Source of the DNA: Pseudidiomarina andamanensis
Lineage (GTDB): Bacteria > Pseudomonadota > Gammaproteobacteria > Enterobacterales > Alteromonadaceae
Assembly: GCF_009734345.1 (NCBI RefSeq)
Contig: NZ_CP032551.1
Span: forward strand, 1,770,001-1,802,000
Length of the DNA stretch: 32,000 nucleotides
Direction: 5' to 3'
Shown here: in pieces, positions 30,490 through 32,000 of the stretch
Layout: each line of letters starts with the position of its first letter
Numbering within the stretch: the stretch's first letter is position 1
Notes under the pieces: generated by a model
The model's input: the letters and a program-made list of their open reading frames with translations, nothing else
Database searches by the model: none
What the model was told of the DNA's origin: nothing
Translations under genes and position numbers: made by a program

Positions 30490-31192
30490 ATTAGAGGGGT
30501 TACTGGCTCAAGTTCAAGAACAGCAGCGTTTGCTTCAACAGCAGCTCGACTATGAACATCACGCTATGCTTGGCCTAGCGAAACGATTGTGGGTGCAACA
30601 AGAGCAAGAGAGAGCCTATTTCGCTCGAGAGCTACATGATGATATTGGCCAGCAACTCATCGCTCTGAGGGCGCAAATAGATTCATTGCAAAACCCAAAG
30701 TTCAAACAAATACAAGATGGGTTACTACAAGTTATTGAAAGTACGAGAAGTCTTTCACGTATTATGCATCCAACGATTCTCTTTGATCTTGGTTTGGAGC
30801 GTGCTCTTGCCTGGCTCAATCGACAACTACTAGAGCCAGTTGGCGTGCAGTTGCAGAGTCGTTACGATGTATCGATTGAACTTCCAAATGCCGTCAGCTT
30901 GTTGCTCTTCAGAATTGCGCAAGAATCGTTCGTGAATATTGTGAAGCATGCTCGAGCGAATCAAGTTGAATTGGCAATCATAGAAACATCTCAAGGCATT
31001 GCGATAAAAATCAAAGATGATGGTATTGGGTTTGACGCAAAAACAGCTGTCCGTGGTATCGGTTTGCAAAGCCTAAAAGATAGAGCTTTAGCCTGTGGTG
31101 CAACCTTAGACATAAAATCAATACCGAAAAGCGGTTGCGAAATAAGTCTATTGTTGCCTTATCAACAACTCTCCGAGCTTGGCGACCTATGA
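30443..31192 (+). CDS. Soluble HisKA_3-type sensor histidine kinase (no TM or sensor domain)
   Basis: 249 aa. Coiled-coil N-terminus, H-box FARELHDDIGQQL, N-box ESFVNIVKHARA, G-boxes DDGIGF and GIGLQSL. The start codon is uncertain: the ATG at 30443 lies 47 nt inside the kinase gene and has no clear RBS. Confidence 0.85.
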   Translation: MKNSNKPIEHSLEVDELEGLLAQVQEQQRLLQQQLDYEHHAMLGLAKRLWVQQEQERAYFARELHDDIGQQLIALRAQIDSLQNPKFKQIQDGLLQVIESTRSLSRIMHPTILFDLGLERALAWLNRQLLEPVGVQLQSRYDVSIELPNAVSLLLFRIAQESFVNIVKHARANQVELAIIETSQGIAIKIKDDGIGFDAKTAVRGIGLQSLKDRALACGATLDIKSIPKSGCEISLLLPYQQLSELGDL

Positions 31193-31815
31193 TTTCGCTC
31201 ATTCTAGCTGACGATCACACGATGGTGCGACAAGCCATTGCAACGACCTTAAAAGCGACGGGATTATTTACAATCGAATATGAGTGTAGTGACGGTTTAG
31301 AGTTAGTTGAAGCTGCGCTAAAAACTCCCGTTGATATCGTTTTAATGGATATTTCTATGCCGAGAATGAATGGTTTTGCAGCACTTGAAAAGCTTCTTCA
31401 TCATCGGCCACAAAGTAAGGTCATTATTCTAAGTATGCATAGCGAGCCTGAATATGTTGAAGCAGTAAAATTAGCAGGTGCTCGGGCTTACATTCAAAAA
31501 GATGCTCCTTCAGAGCAACTTATTCAAGTGATACAAGATGTTGCTGCTGGTAAGTTTTATTTTCCTCTTAAAACAAACCAATCATTGGCATCACTATCCT
31601 CACCTACCAATCCAATAGAGGGATTAACACGGCGCGAACGGGAAATTTTCTATTTAGTCGTTGCCGGGCGAAGCAACAAGCAAATTGCACAATTACTCTC
31701 ATTGTCAGCAAAAACCATTGAAAACCACCGTACTAATATCTTCAAAAAACTGAAAGTTACTTCCACTGTAGAACTCATCCATTTTGCAGCCAAAAATGGA
31801 TTACTTGAACCTTAA
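31189..31815 (+). CDS. NarL/FixJ (LuxR-type HTH) response regulator
   Basis: About 208 aa from MISLILADDHTMV. The ATGA overlaps the histidine kinase stop. Receiver residues: DD, the D in VLMDISMP, and K in IQKD. C-terminal HTH: LTRREREIFYLVVAGRSNKQIAQLLSLSAKTIENHRTNIFKKL. Confidence 0.92.
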   Translation: MISLILADDHTMVRQAIATTLKATGLFTIEYECSDGLELVEAALKTPVDIVLMDISMPRMNGFAALEKLLHHRPQSKVIILSMHSEPEYVEAVKLAGARAYIQKDAPSEQLIQVIQDVAAGKFYFPLKTNQSLASLSSPTNPIEGLTRREREIFYLVVAGRSNKQIAQLLSLSAKTIENHRTNIFKKLKVTSTVELIHFAAKNGLLEP

Positions 31816-32000
31816 AATGATTCTTTCGCCATGGCCACAACCGTATCGAGAAGCACGTTTGTGCCGGCTTCAACATCATGCCAATGCGACCATTCATCAG
31901 GCGCGTGGCTCACACCATTGATTGACGGAATAAAAATTAGGCCGGCGTGCGTGATTTCACTAAGGAATTGCGTGTCGTGCCCAGCACCGCTTGGCATTCG
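31812..32000 (-). CDS. C-terminal fragment of an M20-family amidohydrolase (allantoate amidohydrolase / N-carbamoyl-amino-acid hydrolase type). The gene continues beyond the right edge.
   Basis: SGAGHDTQFLSEITHAGLIFIPSINGVSHAPDEWSHWHDVEAGTNVLLDTVVAMA matches the conserved C-terminal block of this family as I recall it. Confidence 0.7.
   Translation of the reverse strand, partial: RMPSGAGHDTQFLSEITHAGLIFIPSINGVSHAPDEWSHWHDVEAGTNVLLDTVVAMAKESF

Noticed and set aside
23129-31815. Idea that the right-hand cluster is a horizontally acquired island with lower GC
   Set aside because: I hand-counted only a few 60-nt lines, which gave roughly 38-52% GC in the cluster versus 45-58% elsewhere. That is too noisy to support a claim. 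I saw no flanking direct repeats, tRNA target, integrase or transposase. The cluster's last gene overlaps the convergent amidohydrolase stop by 4 nt (31812-31815). This needs a proper sliding-window GC and codon analysis.
23129-31815. Interpretation as a phage-defence or T6SS-associated STK/FHA module
   Set aside because: The window contains no nuclease, NTPase, toxin, Tss/Hcp/VgrG or PP2C genes. Nothing in the sequence supports a conflict-system role over ordinary signalling.

Overview
This looks like a chromosomal segment of a gammaproteobacterium. The gene order is Alteromonadales/Vibrionales-like, but taxonomy cannot be verified here. About 70% is ordinary core genome. Left to right: lysA (partial) and lptM on the minus strand; cyaY and hemC-hemD-hemX-hemY on the plus strand; a yceI/cytochrome b561 pair; a complete minus-strand rRNA operon (16S, tRNA-Ile, tRNA-Ala, 23S, 5S) with tandem stringent-type promoters, boxA elements and a terminator; yrdA; the SOS mutagenesis cassette imuA-imuB-dnaE2 behind a near-perfect LexA box; yihG-like acyltransferase; dsbA-srkA; ccoG. 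The right third (23.1-31.8 kb) is the accessory-looking part. It holds a secreted S8 subtilase with three SLH-like C-terminal repeats, followed by a tightly packed five-gene operon. That operon encodes an orphan secreted protein, an FHA-GAF protein, a 999-aa membrane Hanks Ser/Thr kinase with a large extracytoplasmic TPR region, a sensor-less HisKA_3 histidine kinase and a NarL-type response regulator. This Ser/Thr-kinase-to-two-component relay is my best candidate for an undescribed system, but its function is inference only. The second notable signal is a heptamer-based repeat family (YGTTRYT units, often as imperfect palindromes). It occurs three times within 4.4 kb: it supplies the stop codon of cytochrome b561, forms a long hairpin with a C9 loop just downstream of the rrn terminator, and sits inside the tRNA-Ile/tRNA-Ala spacer of the rRNA operon. 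I saw no transposase, integrase, CRISPR array or recognisable defence genes.
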